Shown here: in pieces, positions 48,832 through 60,515 of the stretch
How positions within the stretch are numbered: position 1 is the first letter of the stretch
How the letters are laid out: every line of letters starts with the position of its first letter
DNA from: Cirrosporium novae-zelandiae
Taxonomy: Eukaryota
Reading direction: 5' to 3'
DNA length: 64,000 nt
Assembly: GCA_026023565.1 (NCBI GenBank)
Contig: JAPETS010000057.1
Coordinates: 1 to 64,000 of the forward strand
The notes under the pieces: generated by a model
Databases searched by the model: none
What the model saw: the letters and a program-made list of their open reading frames with translations, nothing else
What the model was told of the DNA's origin: nothing
Translations under genes and position numbers: made by a program

Positions 48832-49720
48832 ACAAAAAGGGGCTTGAGCATTCATCATCGGTTCCATCATTTTCGTTTTGGGGAGCGAGTGGTTTTTTTT
48901 ATGGGTGTTTTTTTGGGTGGAGGGGGGTGGAATGTAATTTGGTGGCTTGGTGGTTTGGTGGTGGGAAAGGGGTGGAGAGGAGGTTCTTGTTGTATTATTA
49001 ATTAATACTTATTTAGGCTTTTGTTGATTGTGTTGTGTTGTATTGTATATTGTATTGTAGTGGGGTGGGATATGGGGTGGGTGTTGTAGTTAGTGTGTTG
49101 TGTTGTATTGTGTTATGTTGTTGTTTTTTCGAGAGAGAGTAGATAAAGAGATGAATTTTGTTGTGATGATGATGGGTGATGATGGAGATTTATCTTTTTT
49201 AGTGTTGGGATGTGTATGTGTATGTGTATGTGTATGTATGCACGTATATATATTTAAAAGTATGTGGGTATGTTAAGTATATAAATCCCCGGGTGGAAGC
49301 TATGAGATGAGCGAATTAGCTCTTGGATTTACTTTACTTTACTTGGACTTGGGGGTTTTTTTTGATTTTTTGAATATTAGGAAATGGAAATCTAATGGTT
49401 ACTCATACATGTTTCCTCCGCCCCGTTTTCCGCCCTTCACCTTTTTTCCTCCACGCCTCCCCCTTTGCCCGCCCGCCCGCCCTATACCGCCATGCATGTA
49501 AGAAAGACAAAAGAAAGACAAAGGAAAGAAGAAGAAAAGAAGAGAAGAAAAGAAGAAACCGAGCCGCATGTCCAACTGAAAAAAAAAAAAAACACACGAA
49601 AGAAAAAACCGGCTCGCATGCCTAACTTGAAAAAAGGACTAACTAACGTGCATGCTCGTAACCATAATCATTATTGTGATAAAAAGAAAAAAGACAACCC
49701 AGTCTGACGTCCACTTCAAA
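48480..49720. repeat. Mixed simple-sequence-repeat island 5, between convergent genes
   Basis: (CACT)n, (CTAT)n, (GGAT)n, (CAG)n, (TGTGT/TGTAT)n, (TGTGTA)n, (AAAG)n and poly-A. Confidence 0.85.
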
Positions 49721-49783
49721 AAAAGTTCCCCACCAGACGGCGTCCCGACCGACCGGTAGAGAAGAAGTAGAGCCCCCCAAGCT

Positions 49784-51166
49784 CTACTTCTTCTCCACCT
49801 CGTTGATCGCAAACTTCTCTTGATCCTCAGTGCAGAAGTGACGTGGGTGTGCGACACGCGTGGTGCCGAGATCAAGAGGGTTGGCTGGGGGAATGAAAGT
49901 CCCCGTGCGCCGGATCGCAGGGACCCGACGCTTGCCTAAGTTGCGTAGAGGAGAGTCGACAGCAGGTGTGTCCAAGAAGGACAACTCTGCGAAGGTCTCA
50001 CCTGGTGGTGCCATGGCGGGAGTGGGTTGGAGGGCGGGAACCATCGACAAAGGGTCAGATGGGGTGCTTGTGACGGACATGGATGATGTTGCGAAAGAAG
50101 AAGAGGTTCGCATAGGTGAGCTCTTAGGCTCAGAGGCTTTCTCGTCGATTTCCTCGATACGAGGAGAGGCGCGAGGACTGGCTGGGTGGATGGTGCGCTG
50201 ACGAAGAAGAGGTTGAGGGGGGGGCGGGGTCGACTTCGGGGCCATCGCCGCCTGGCGCCTTGCGGCAGCCTGGGCTGGCGTGCCCGAAGTGAGTGGAAGC
50301 ATGGCACGAGTAGGCTTCCTCTCATGAGTGTCGTCGCCATTGTCAGACCTGCGCTGGAAACGACCTGTGGTCGTCTCACGCTTGGGTCCAGCGATGGGAA
50401 TCCCCTTCAGCTCACAGTACCACCTTGGGAGCTGTCGGAAACCAAGACCCTCTAATGTCGCCTGGTCGGTTGGCATCTCATGCTTATATAAGCAGCCCTG
50501 CTGGGCGTAGTCACACTCGCCATGACGCATCCAATACGAGCAGAATTCTTTGACGCCCTTGGCTTTGGACGAACTTGCTACCATACGGCGAGAACCAGTG
50601 TTTGATTCTCCACCTGCGGCATTAACAAGCGCGTCGATGACCATCTTTGGAAGGTTAGTAAAGGTGATTTGAAGTGAGGTAGGTGAGCAACTTACTTGGG
50701 TCTGCTTCTGTTCTTCATCGTCGGAGCGAGGAAGAGGGGCCATGGTTGTCATGGCTTTGGGAGAGTTGGTGCGAGAAGATGAAGTTGTGGGAACGAGAGC
50801 TTGACTTGCTATTTCAGAACTATAAGTTGATGCTACCTCACTTGCATGTGGAGCAAAACCCTGTGAGCCAATAGGTGGTTGGGGAGGCGATGGTGTATAA
50901 CCAGTGGTCAATGTATCATTTCCCGTTGTATAGTTAGTGCTAACCGTGTAGCAAGAACCACGATTCGCTGCGAAACCGACACTTTCCATGCCTCGGATTT
51001 CCATAACTGACAAGGAGCGCGGAACTCCATGAATGTTGATATGGGAGGGAAGCTCATCGACCGCGACAAGAGGTACAAACTGATTTCCGGGACGCACAAT
51101 GAAATGCAATGATCTAAGGTTGCCAGCCATGGGCTGGTTCATGGAGCTAGACGCCTGACCAGGCAT
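49784..51166 (-). CDS. CCCH zinc-finger protein (fungal family), possible RNA binder
   Basis: KEFCSYWMRHGECDYAQQGCLYKHEMP..LEGLG..QLPRWY and the N-terminal HFIVRP...VPLVAVDELP..I.I.GVPRSL motif. Probable 51-nt intron at 50695-50645. Confidence 0.82.
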   Translation of the reverse strand: MPGQASSSMNQPMAGNLRSLHFIVRPGNQFVPLVAVDELPSHINIHGVPRSLSVMEIRGMESVGFAANRGSCYTVSTNYTTGNDTLTTGYTPSPPQPPIGSQGFAPHASEVASTYSSEIASQALVPTTSSSRTNSPKAMTTMAPLPRSDDEEQKQTQVSCSPTSLQITFTNLPKMVIDALVNAAGGESNTGSRRMVASSSKAKGVKEFCSYWMRHGECDYAQQGCLYKHEMPTDQATLEGLGFRQLPRWYCELKGIPIAGPKRETTTGRFQRRSDNGDDTHERKPTRAMLPLTSGTPAQAAARRQAAMAPKSTPPPPQPLLRQRTIHPASPRASPRIEEIDEKASEPKSSPMRTSSSFATSSMSVTSTPSDPLSMVPALQPTPAMAPPGETFAELSFLDTPAVDSPLRNLGKRRVPAIRRTGTFIPPANPLDLGTTRVAHPRHFCTEDQEKFAINEVEKK

Positions 51167-51835
51167 GCTTATGCTATTACTGGTGTTTGTGGGAGGAAAG
51201 ACAGTGCGGGAGCGTGACTGGCTGTTGATAAATCTAGAGGGTTTGTATTAGCCTTGTCTCAACTTGACCTTGAAGAAATGAAAAGAAAAGCACCTATAGT
51301 CAGGCACTCTCTGCCAGGGCACATGGTTAGAAGATACAGTAAAGTGCTGGGCAGAGTGCCGGTTGGGGGGCGTGATATAGTGATAGGAAAGGGGAAATGG
51401 GGAATACCCTTGTTGTTGGTCGCGAGACATGTCGCAAGTGGAATAATATTTAAGTAGATATTGGTAACCAATCGAGTAATGAGATGTGCTCTCGTTGTCG
51501 AAAGATGTTGACAGGATATCTATATGGAGGAAACCCTAAGAAGAGGGAGAAATTGCAAGCTGATACAACTTGAGGAGTAGCAATGGAATCAGAGCGTGGC
51601 GAAAATAGATGTAGAGAAGAAATGAGAAGAAGTCAGGATGGGAGGAGTGGGAGAAGGATTTAAATAGACACGAGAGGAAGAGGGGGAATTGTTGTGGGAT
51701 GCTAGACGAGTGAATTCTGGTTACGGAAACAGTGAATTCTCACCTTGCTGTAATCATCTTTTTTTTCTAGCGCGCACAACCTCCTCTTACTATAGGCTGG
51801 AAATCTAACTAGAATGATCTAGCAACCAGTTACTG

Positions 51836-51883
51836 GAGTGAATAGACCAACGAGTGAATAGGTCAACAAGTGAATGCACCAAC
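51836..51883. repeat. Imperfect 16-bp tandem repeat x3 (RAGTGAAT...CAAC)
   Basis: GAGTGAATAGACCAAC / GAGTGAATAGGTCAAC / AAGTGAATGCACCAAC. Confidence 0.75.
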
Positions 51884-52336
51884 AAGCCAATGGATTGAAG
51901 CGCGTAGAGTGTAGAGGATATGGGATCAAAATGACGGCTATCTAAATCCTAGGTACTTACAACTTTGAACATCTAGCAGTAATTAAGTGAACTTATATGT
52001 TTCTGTGACCTCAGTCTTTTTTGTTTTCCAGTGACCTAAAAGATGAGATTATCAGAGTCAAAGGAAATGGGCGACTAGAAGGTAAAGATATATACCTTTT
52101 GTGGGTATGCACAATGAGGTTGTTATCGCCAGAGCTATCAAGGATAGGTGCAGATTCTCGCTGTATGGATTGTGTAGCCTTCGCATCTGGGCAGGTTGCT
52201 TAGCTGGGTTTGCTCTGAGCAAACGAATATCAAAAAAAAAAAGGATTTCCTCAAACATGGAAACCAAACACTCCTCAAGTTCCTCGTTGTCGCTATCGGG
52301 CAATTTGGAACTTTATCATATTGAAGAAAAAAACCA

Positions 52337-53986
52337 TTAAAGAGAAAATACTTTTTGTTGCCCTGAAACAACCTTCTTAGCTTTCGCTTTGTCAGTATGT
52401 CTGAGAAATAATTCACACAAAATTCCTGCTGCAACGCTGACATTAAGACTATCAATTCCCCCTTCTCCAGCTCTGTTGCCTTGAATCGTTATTAAGTTGT
52501 TGACATCTCGCAGCAAATGTCTAGGGAGTCCCTGTCCTTCGTTTCCAAGTAGCAGTACCGATGGCGCCTGCGTAAGTTTATCTTGGATACCAAATGTTGA
52601 AATTGTTTCGGGTAGCTTGCTAGAAGGACCATTGGGAACATGAGCTGCATAAAACCGCCAGCCAGCCATTTGGCTGTGTTTCATGAAAGTCTCAACTCTA
52701 TCTACAGTAATTATAGGAATCATCTCTATTGCACCAGCAGAAGCTTTCAAAGATACAGGTGATAGCGGTGCGCAATTGCGACCAACCATGACCACTGCAT
52801 CGGCACCGAAAAAATAAGCAGAACGGATGATAGCACCTAAATTTCCTGGATCCAGCTTATCAAATGTCAGTGATGGAATACAATATGGTTGTGGGGAAGC
52901 CTTACAATATTATAGAGCATTACCAGAAAAGGAAATCTACCACTACTAAGGCAAAGGCTCAGTATATTCGGGTCATTGCCGTTAACAGCCAAGTCCTCCT
53001 CGGATTGATACTCCAGTTGCACTTGGAAGTGTTTTTCATTTAAATCCACAGATTTGAGACTTGTCACAGGCAATTTAGGGCAAGGGGAAGTTTCCAGAAC
53101 ATAACCCTAGGAAAGCGTCAGCATGAGATATCGAGATACTTTTGCAACTTGAATAAATACTGACATTATGTGGTCTTCCTTGGCTCATCGTGTCTAATAA
53201 CCGTACATCAGGGCCACCGATGTGCTTGATAGGAACCCCCGCGGCATGGGCTAATTTTTGAACCCTCATATGCTCAACAGATCTCAGCCCTGGTTTATAC
53301 ATATAAAGTTTGTAAAGTTTTCGACGTCGGGATCGCAAGGCAGCAATCACGGCTGACGTACCATACAAAAATTCAGAAGCTGATGTTGTATACTCGATTG
53401 ACGAAGGGTACTTATGAGAGACTGATGGAACTGATGAAGGTCTCTCAGACTCCTGATCATGACGTTCTGTGGGGGTTTCTAAAGACAACTCGGGCTCCTC
53501 TCCACTGTGTTTACGGATGAGCTCGGTCTGCCTCCTCTCTAGTCGCCTCTGTGCCTTTGCATCATACTTTTCTCGTACTTTCCTTTTTCGTTCTTCGTTG
53601 CTCATTTCTCTGTCCTCGTCCTGATGTGAACGTCTTCCTTCAAAACGTAGTGTGGGGTTTACCGAAGACCATCCGGGCTTCTCTCCACGGGATTCACGAA
53701 AGGTATTAGTTTGCCTTCTCTCTTGTCGTATCGGTGTCGCTGCCCGATATTCTTCCTGTAATCGTACTTCCCTCCCTAGTTTTGATTTTTGGTGTCCCCT
53801 GCCCTCCCATCGATTCCGAGGACGCTTTCCACGAGGTCCTTGAGATTCACGACGAAGCCCTTTTGAGATTGCGGAATTGAGTGAAGCATGTCGGCAAGAG
53901 AACACACTAGATGAAACTCCAATAGATGATAGAACATTGCAGGTAGGCCTTGTAATGGTCCGAATAAGAAGAAAGGAGGAATGCAT
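52337..53986 (-). CDS. MRM1: Mitochondrial rRNA 2'-O-methyltransferase, SpoU/TrmH family (3 exons)
   Basis: Exons 53986-53165, 53106-52906 and 52855-52337. Motifs SEFLYG...V.AAL...RRKLYKLY, GRPHN|GYVLE, DPGNLGAIIRSAYFFG, KASAGA, LLLGNEGQGL, DSLNVSVAAGI. Confidence 0.92.
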
Positions 53987-54372
53987 TATCCACCTACTTC
54001 TAACTTTTTTTTCTTTCGAAATGATATTACAAGCTACATAGGCTAAGAAATTTTGTATCAAGGGACGGGTTTAATTAAGCTTGCTACCGTGCTACCCTTG
54101 CCGAAAACGCGCCCGATCCGCGTCTTCCATAATTTCCAACATTGCAACGTACATACGCGAGTCCAGGTTATATTAATCCTTGGTAAATTGGTCCCAAATA
54201 GTAAGCTTTTGAGATATGACCTCAAATCCTTTGTATTCTACAACCCGAAAAAAATAATGTATTGAGCCTTTTTATCCTTGCCCCATTACAACACATTAAT
54301 CGCTTTTTTTAATCTAATCCCTAGCTAGGATCGCAAAGAATAGCCTGACCTTCAACTAGATACTCGTTCACA

Positions 54373-57300
54373 ATGAGTTCCGATGCAGAAGATACCATTA
54401 CGGTGGCTAGCAGGACCATGAGTCGACTTTCAGACTTCACAGATACCCCCCGCCGGCGAAGAAGTGCTGAAAGATCAAACAGCCAAGCATCCTCTGCTCA
54501 GATCCAAGGGGAACGTTCTGTTTCAAGAAATGAGCTTCCTCGAAACGAGACCAAATTTATAATTCAAGTTCCTTCCTTAAATTCAAGTAGAGAGCTATAT
54601 ACTCCCTATCGTGAAGAACGAATGGTCCGAAGGGTCTTGGAGAAAGCACAGGATAACCTGAGTTACAGAATCCAGTTTGAGGATGGCCACAAGTCTATGG
54701 TATGGTCACTTTTATTTTGATTCATTCTCACCCGATATTCTCTACTCTTAAACTACCAAGTCACGACCTATTCTCTGGCCTCTCTCAATTTTTAAGCTTA
54801 GGGGCTTTAAATCTTCCTCGAACAACCTTTAAGCTTGAGTTATACATTCAAACACTGATAGACTGATTATCTCATCTATTCATAGGTATCCACTCACAAA
54901 TTGTCAACCCTTCCTAACGGCTTATTAGCTCTTCAATCTTTCAACAACGGTTCAAGAAGTGGGTACGGCAGCATGCGACGACGATCTCGTGAGGGCAGCT
55001 CTTCTCCTAGTGTTGCAGAGGAAATCCTCATCGACAGCTCATCGGAAGATGAATTAGAAGGAGACGATGGTCCCATAATTTCAAGATCTGTTAGGAGGAG
55101 CACTCGTCTTCCAAGGTTCTCTACATCCGGAGAAGAATCTGTGGTTAGCAATTTACGATCCAGGAGTGGGCCATCTTCAGGTAGCAACCGAGTTTTGCGT
55201 TCTCGGACCCAGACGACTCATGTTGACTATACTGGAATAGACGATCTTGTTGATGAAGACTCGAGTGAGGATGAACTAATCCCTACACTATATTCAGATA
55301 TGCCTGGTATGGGACCTTCAAGAAAAAGGAAAAGGGGGTCAGCCAGGATCACGCGTGGCAGGTCCAAAGGTGACCCCAAAAGACTATTAATTCAGGGAAT
55401 AGAATTCGCGGCTCCAGCTCGTCGTTCTTCGAGAACCAGGAAGAACGTACAGTCTATGAGGGAGCTTGGTGAAGATGAAATCGAGGAGCTGGAACTTGTT
55501 CAAGCAGGGCCAAAGTTAATCGGTGCTAAGGAATCTTTCAAGGAGCTTCCCAGACTCGACCCCTTCCGTCTACGCCACAACCAGCTATGCGACTCTTGTC
55601 AACAATATGGACATAGTAGTACTAATGGTGCTCTTATTTATTGTCAAGGCTGCTATCTATCTTATCATCGAGGTTGTCTAGGCCCTAGGACTTCCAGGGA
55701 CCATATAGTGACAAAGGTTGGTCATAATGATTTCGTTCTTCAATGCCGCCAGTGTGTTGGTCAAGCAAGACAAAGAGATGATATGGCTCCGCGTCATGAA
55801 ATTTGCCAGTCATGCGGGATTTCGGGCAGTTCATGCAAACCGTTCAGGGAGAAAAAGACTACTCGTCAGGAACATGCTGAGAGAGAAGCGAATGGCGGTG
55901 AAGATCCAATCATTAACGTCGATTCTGTCAAAATCAACGACCCTCAAAATGTGCTGTTTAGATGCCACTCCTGTCGCCGGGCATACCACTGGCATCATTT
56001 GCCACCGCGGACTGAGACCGATCCAGAACCCGAAATTGATTTAATTATCCTGGGCGACAAACGTTTTGATGAGTATCGCAATGATTTGAGATGCAATGAC
56101 TGCATTAACGCACCCGCGGAGGTTGCTACGTTGGTGGCATGGAGACCTTCAAACGTGGAAACATATAATGCAGGAAGCTCAGTTGATGAGGTCCCGGAAG
56201 ATGAAAAGGAGTACCTGATCAAATGGCAAAATCTATCCTATTTCAAGACACAGTGGATGCCTGGAGCCTGGACCTGGGGTGTCACTGCACCGGCCATGAG
56301 AAAGGCCTTTGCTAGACGAGACAATGGTTATCTTCTGCCCAAGATGCGGGCTGAGGATGCCATTCCAGAAGACTATCTTCGCATTGATATCATATTCGAT
56401 GTTAAATATACCAGCGTGGTAAGAACCCGTAGTGAAGAAATCGACAGGGCTCGGATAAAAGAAGTTAGTCAGGCCCGGGTCAAATTCCAAGGGCTTGGCT
56501 ATGATGAAATTACATGGGAGGAACCGCCCCCAGAGGATAGTGAGCGTTATAAAGACTTCGAAGATGCTTATTACGACTTTATAAAAGGTCACTACATCTA
56601 CTCACCCAACCAACACAACTTGAAGCTGCATCTTGACCGAATAAGAAAACAAGATTTCGAAACGGTGTTGATGAAGAAAGAGCAGCCAACCACCTTGACT
56701 GGGGGTGAATTGATGGCTTATCAAATGGATGGGCTCAACTGGATATATTATCAGTGGGTCAAATGTCAGAATGCAATTTTGGCTGACGAAATGGGCCTCG
56801 GAAAAACCATTCAGGTCATTGCATTCTTAGCAACTCTTATATCAAATCATAAATGTTGGCCATTTTTGATTGTCGTCCCTACTTCCACATGCCCCAACTG
56901 GCGACGTGAGATTAAGAAATGGTCACCGAGCTTGAGGGTTGTGGCTTACTATGGCTTGCAGGAAGCCAAAAAAACGGCTTTGGACTATGAGCTTTTTCTG
57001 GGCGGAAATAAGAAAGACCTTAGGGCTCATATTGTTGTGACCTCTTACGAGTCTGTGACTAATGACGATCATAACTTTTTTAGAACTATTTCTTGGGCTG
57101 GGCTTGTTGTTGATGAAGGACAACGCTTAAAAAGTGACAAAAATCAGCTTTACACGGCACTTACAAAACTCAAAATCCCCTTTAAGCTCCTGTTGACGGG
57201 AACCCCTCTTCAGAACAATGCGAGGGAGCTGTTTAACCTGCTTCAATTTCTTGACCCTTCTTTGAACGCTGCTGCCCTTGAAATGGAATACGCAACCTTG

Positions 57301-59305
57301 ACGAAGGAGAATGTACCTCAACTACACCAGCTCATACGTCCATACTTCCTGAGACGTACCAAAGCTCAAGTCCTAACATTTCTTCCACCAATGGCGCAAA
57401 TAATTATACCCGTGAGTATGAGTCTCGTGCAAAAGAAACTCTACAAGAGCATTTTGGCCAAAAACCCAGAGCTTTTGAAATCTATATTTGGCCGCAGCAA
57501 GAATTCTCTCAAAAAATCAGAACGCCATAATTTAAATAACATCCTTATGCAGTTGAGGAAATGTCTATGTCATCCCTTCGTATACAGCAGAGCAATAGAA
57601 GAACGCAGTGTAGACCCTGGTGTTTCGCATAGAAATCTTGTCGAAGCATCGTCAAAACTACAATTACTTGAGATCATGCTTCCTAAGCTTCAGGAACGGG
57701 GCCATCGTGTTCTTTTGTTTAGCCAATTTCTCAATATGCTTGATATCATAGAAGATTTTCTTGATGGGCTCGGTCTTGCTGCCAATCGCCTTGATGGAAG
57801 TATAAGCAGTCTGGAACGGCAGAAGCGCATAGACGCGTTTAATGCACCTGACTCGCCTCTTTTTGCGTTTCTTCTATCTACTCGTGCAGGTGGTGTTGGT
57901 ATTAACTTAGCTACAGCAGATACAGTCATCATCCTGGACCCGGATTTTAATCCGCATCAGGATATCCAAGCCTTGTCTCGAGCACACCGAATTGGTCAAA
58001 AGAAGAAAGTACTAGTGTTTCAACTGATGACGCGAGACTCTGCAGAAGAAAAGATCATGCAGATTGGAAAGAGGAAGATGGCACTCGACCATGTCTTGAT
58101 CGAGCAAATGGATGCAGATGATGAGGCCGGGGAAAGTCTGGAGGCGATCTTGAAGCATGGCGCAGATGCCCTCTTCGATGACGATAACCGATCTGATATA
58201 CGCTACGACTCTACTTCGGTCGATAAGCTTCTCGATCGTTCACAGTTCGAAAGCACAAAGACAGGAGACGACAACTCAGCTGAGTCTCAATTTAGTTTTG
58301 CACGCGTCTGGGCCAACGAAAAAACAGCTCTAGAAGACAATCTTGCGGACTCAGAGTCTGAAAACAGTCAACTAGCAGAGTCAGTTTGGGAAAAGATTTT
58401 AGCTGAGCGCGAAAGAGCTGCAGAGGAAGAAAAACGTGCCAGGATGGAAAGCTTTGGGAGAGGTAAACGTCGCCGCCGGGTAAGTCACATAATTATGCTT
58501 ATAATTTTCTCTTGTAACCTCATTATTGATGTGTGATATTTTGTAGCATGTCGACTACGCAGTAGAAGGCGGGACTGGTCTAGATGCTGAAGACTTGCCG
58601 GTGAAGGATGGCTCCCGTCACCCAGACGACAGTGATACAGACTTCCAAGGTCGTGCTGAAAGCGAAGCTGAAAACGATTATGCACCGGAAATGGATGCGG
58701 AGATGATCGATATATCGGAACTAGATAACAATGAGCCCAAACGGAAATATCGTGGAATTGTTGCCCTCGAAGAAGGTACATCTTGACCCATTCGTTCAAC
58801 TCCCATAGTTGATATAATCCTTCTATTCACCCTTTCTACGTGGATTTCATTAACAGTTTTTGTTCTAGCGCGTCCTTTCAAACGCGTCGATCTCGCCTCG
58901 TCGAGTAAGGCATTACCTATTTTACCTTCTACTGATTTGAATTCTTCCGCGTCTGCAAACAATACCCCTCAAAAATGTCTCGCCTGCGACGAATTCCATC
59001 CCAAAGGCTATTGTCCTCTCAAACTAGCTGGTGTTGAATACTGCCCTCTGTGTGGTCTTGCTCACGTTGGTTACGCTCGCACTTGCCCACATTTAAATTC
59101 GGAAAGACAGGTGAGGCTAATGCTTGGTGCGCTAAAACAAACCCCAGAGAGCCAGGATGATGTGAAAGAGGCCCAAAGGTACCTAAGGGGAATCATAAGG
59201 GATTTGGTAAGGAGGAAAAAGGCCGAGGTTGCAAAGGGGGGAGACAGTGGGATAACGGGGAACATGGTTGAAAAGGAACCCCAAGGAAATGATATGGCGC
59301 ATTAA
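54373..59305 (+). CDS. MIT1: Mit1/CHD3-like SNF2 chromatin remodeler: PHD-like, chromo-like, SNF2 ATPase, C-terminal Zn finger (4 exons, ~1528 aa)
   Basis: Exons 54373-54699, 54886-58479, 58547-58775 and 58869-59305 are in frame. Motifs ILADEMGLGKT, VVDEGQRLK, LLTGTPLQNN, LSTRAGGVGINL, QALSRAHRIGQ. PHD-like C..C...CQGC...YH..C, chromo-like EYLIKW..LSY....W, and C-terminal CLAC...H..G.CPLK..GVE.CPLCG.AH......CPH. Confidence 0.88.
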
Positions 59306-59694
59306 GGACATACCCAATTTTTCTTTTTCTATTCGCAACGAGATTCTTTTCCTACGGATTAGATAACTAATACCTTGGCGAATGCACTCTAAGTTCGGAT
59401 GGTCCTTGCGGATGTGGTGGATGCCTTAGAGATACCCATATTCTATCTGCCAACAGGGTTGTAAGTTAACTCTCTAATATAAATTTAATCATACGAATCG
59501 AAGTGTCTATTAAGTAGAATATCCTTTTTGCCAGTTAGGTCAATTAGTGGGATAGCTTAGTCATCCGTATATAGTAAATGTCATACAAAAGTGGACCGGA
59601 GTACTATTGATCCCCGATGTCAGCCATTATCAAAGTAATCGATCTTCTTCAAATTCCCAACTTCAATTGACTCCTTGGATCTTCTAAGATAAAT

Positions 59695-60515
59695 ATGTCT
59701 TCGATAATCCGTCGCCGAATGGTTTCACTGCGCACCTTCTCATCTCCTGCGCCTCTTCTTGATTTCCTTGCGCCTAACTTTATTCGCACGGCAACAATCA
59801 CCACCTCCGCCGCCGCCCGCTCCCAAGAAGCAAATACCTCCTCCACCAAGCCCAAGCCATCTACGAAACCTAGAAATGCGCTCACGGAAGCCCAACAGAA
59901 ATACCTTGAGAGAGCAGTAATTTCCCCTTCCGCTCGTCCAGATTTTCAACAATAATTTGCTCACCTCGGCCTTCTCATCAGATCCGCGTCAATCAAGCTG
60001 GCGAGCTCGCCGCCGTTCTCATATATGCCGCCCAAACACCCCTAGTCACGCGATCACACCCTTATCTCCGCCCCCTTATGAAACACATGTACGACCAAGA
60101 AGTCGGGCACTTCACAACCTTCAATGCACTCCTCACGAAACATCGCATCCGACCAACGTATATGTGGCCCTTGTGGCGCGTTGCTGCTTCCTTTCTTGGC
60201 TGGTCCACCGCCGCTCTGGGCCGTGAAGCTGCAATGGCATGTACAGAGGCCGTAGAAACTACAATTGGAGAACATTATAATGGGCAGGTACGGAACCTAC
60301 TGGCGATCATGAAAGACATTGAAGATAAAGGAGAGGACGTTGGGGAGGAGTTTCGGCAGCTTTTGAAGGACTTGAAGAGGATTAGAGATGAAGAGGTAGA
60401 GCATTTGGATCATGCGATTGAGGAACACGCAAGAGAGGCTCCCGCCTATCCATTGCTAAGTACTGTGATTCAGAATGGGTGTAAAGGAGCAATTTGGCTT
60501 AGTGAGAGGACATGA
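59695..60515 (+). CDS. COQ7: 5-demethoxyubiquinone hydroxylase (2 exons, ~251 aa)
   Basis: IRVNQAGELAA, di-iron ExxH motifs DQEVGH and DEEVEH, AMACTEAVET.IGEHYN.Q, GCKGAIWLSER. Intron 59917-59981. Confidence 0.95.

Noticed and set aside
49307..49707. Short Lys/Arg- or Phe-rich ORFs
   Set aside because: Translations of (AAAG)n and poly-A repeats in island 5.
51836..51883. CRISPR-like array
   Set aside because: Eukaryotic context, contiguous 16-bp units without spacers, and no cas genes.
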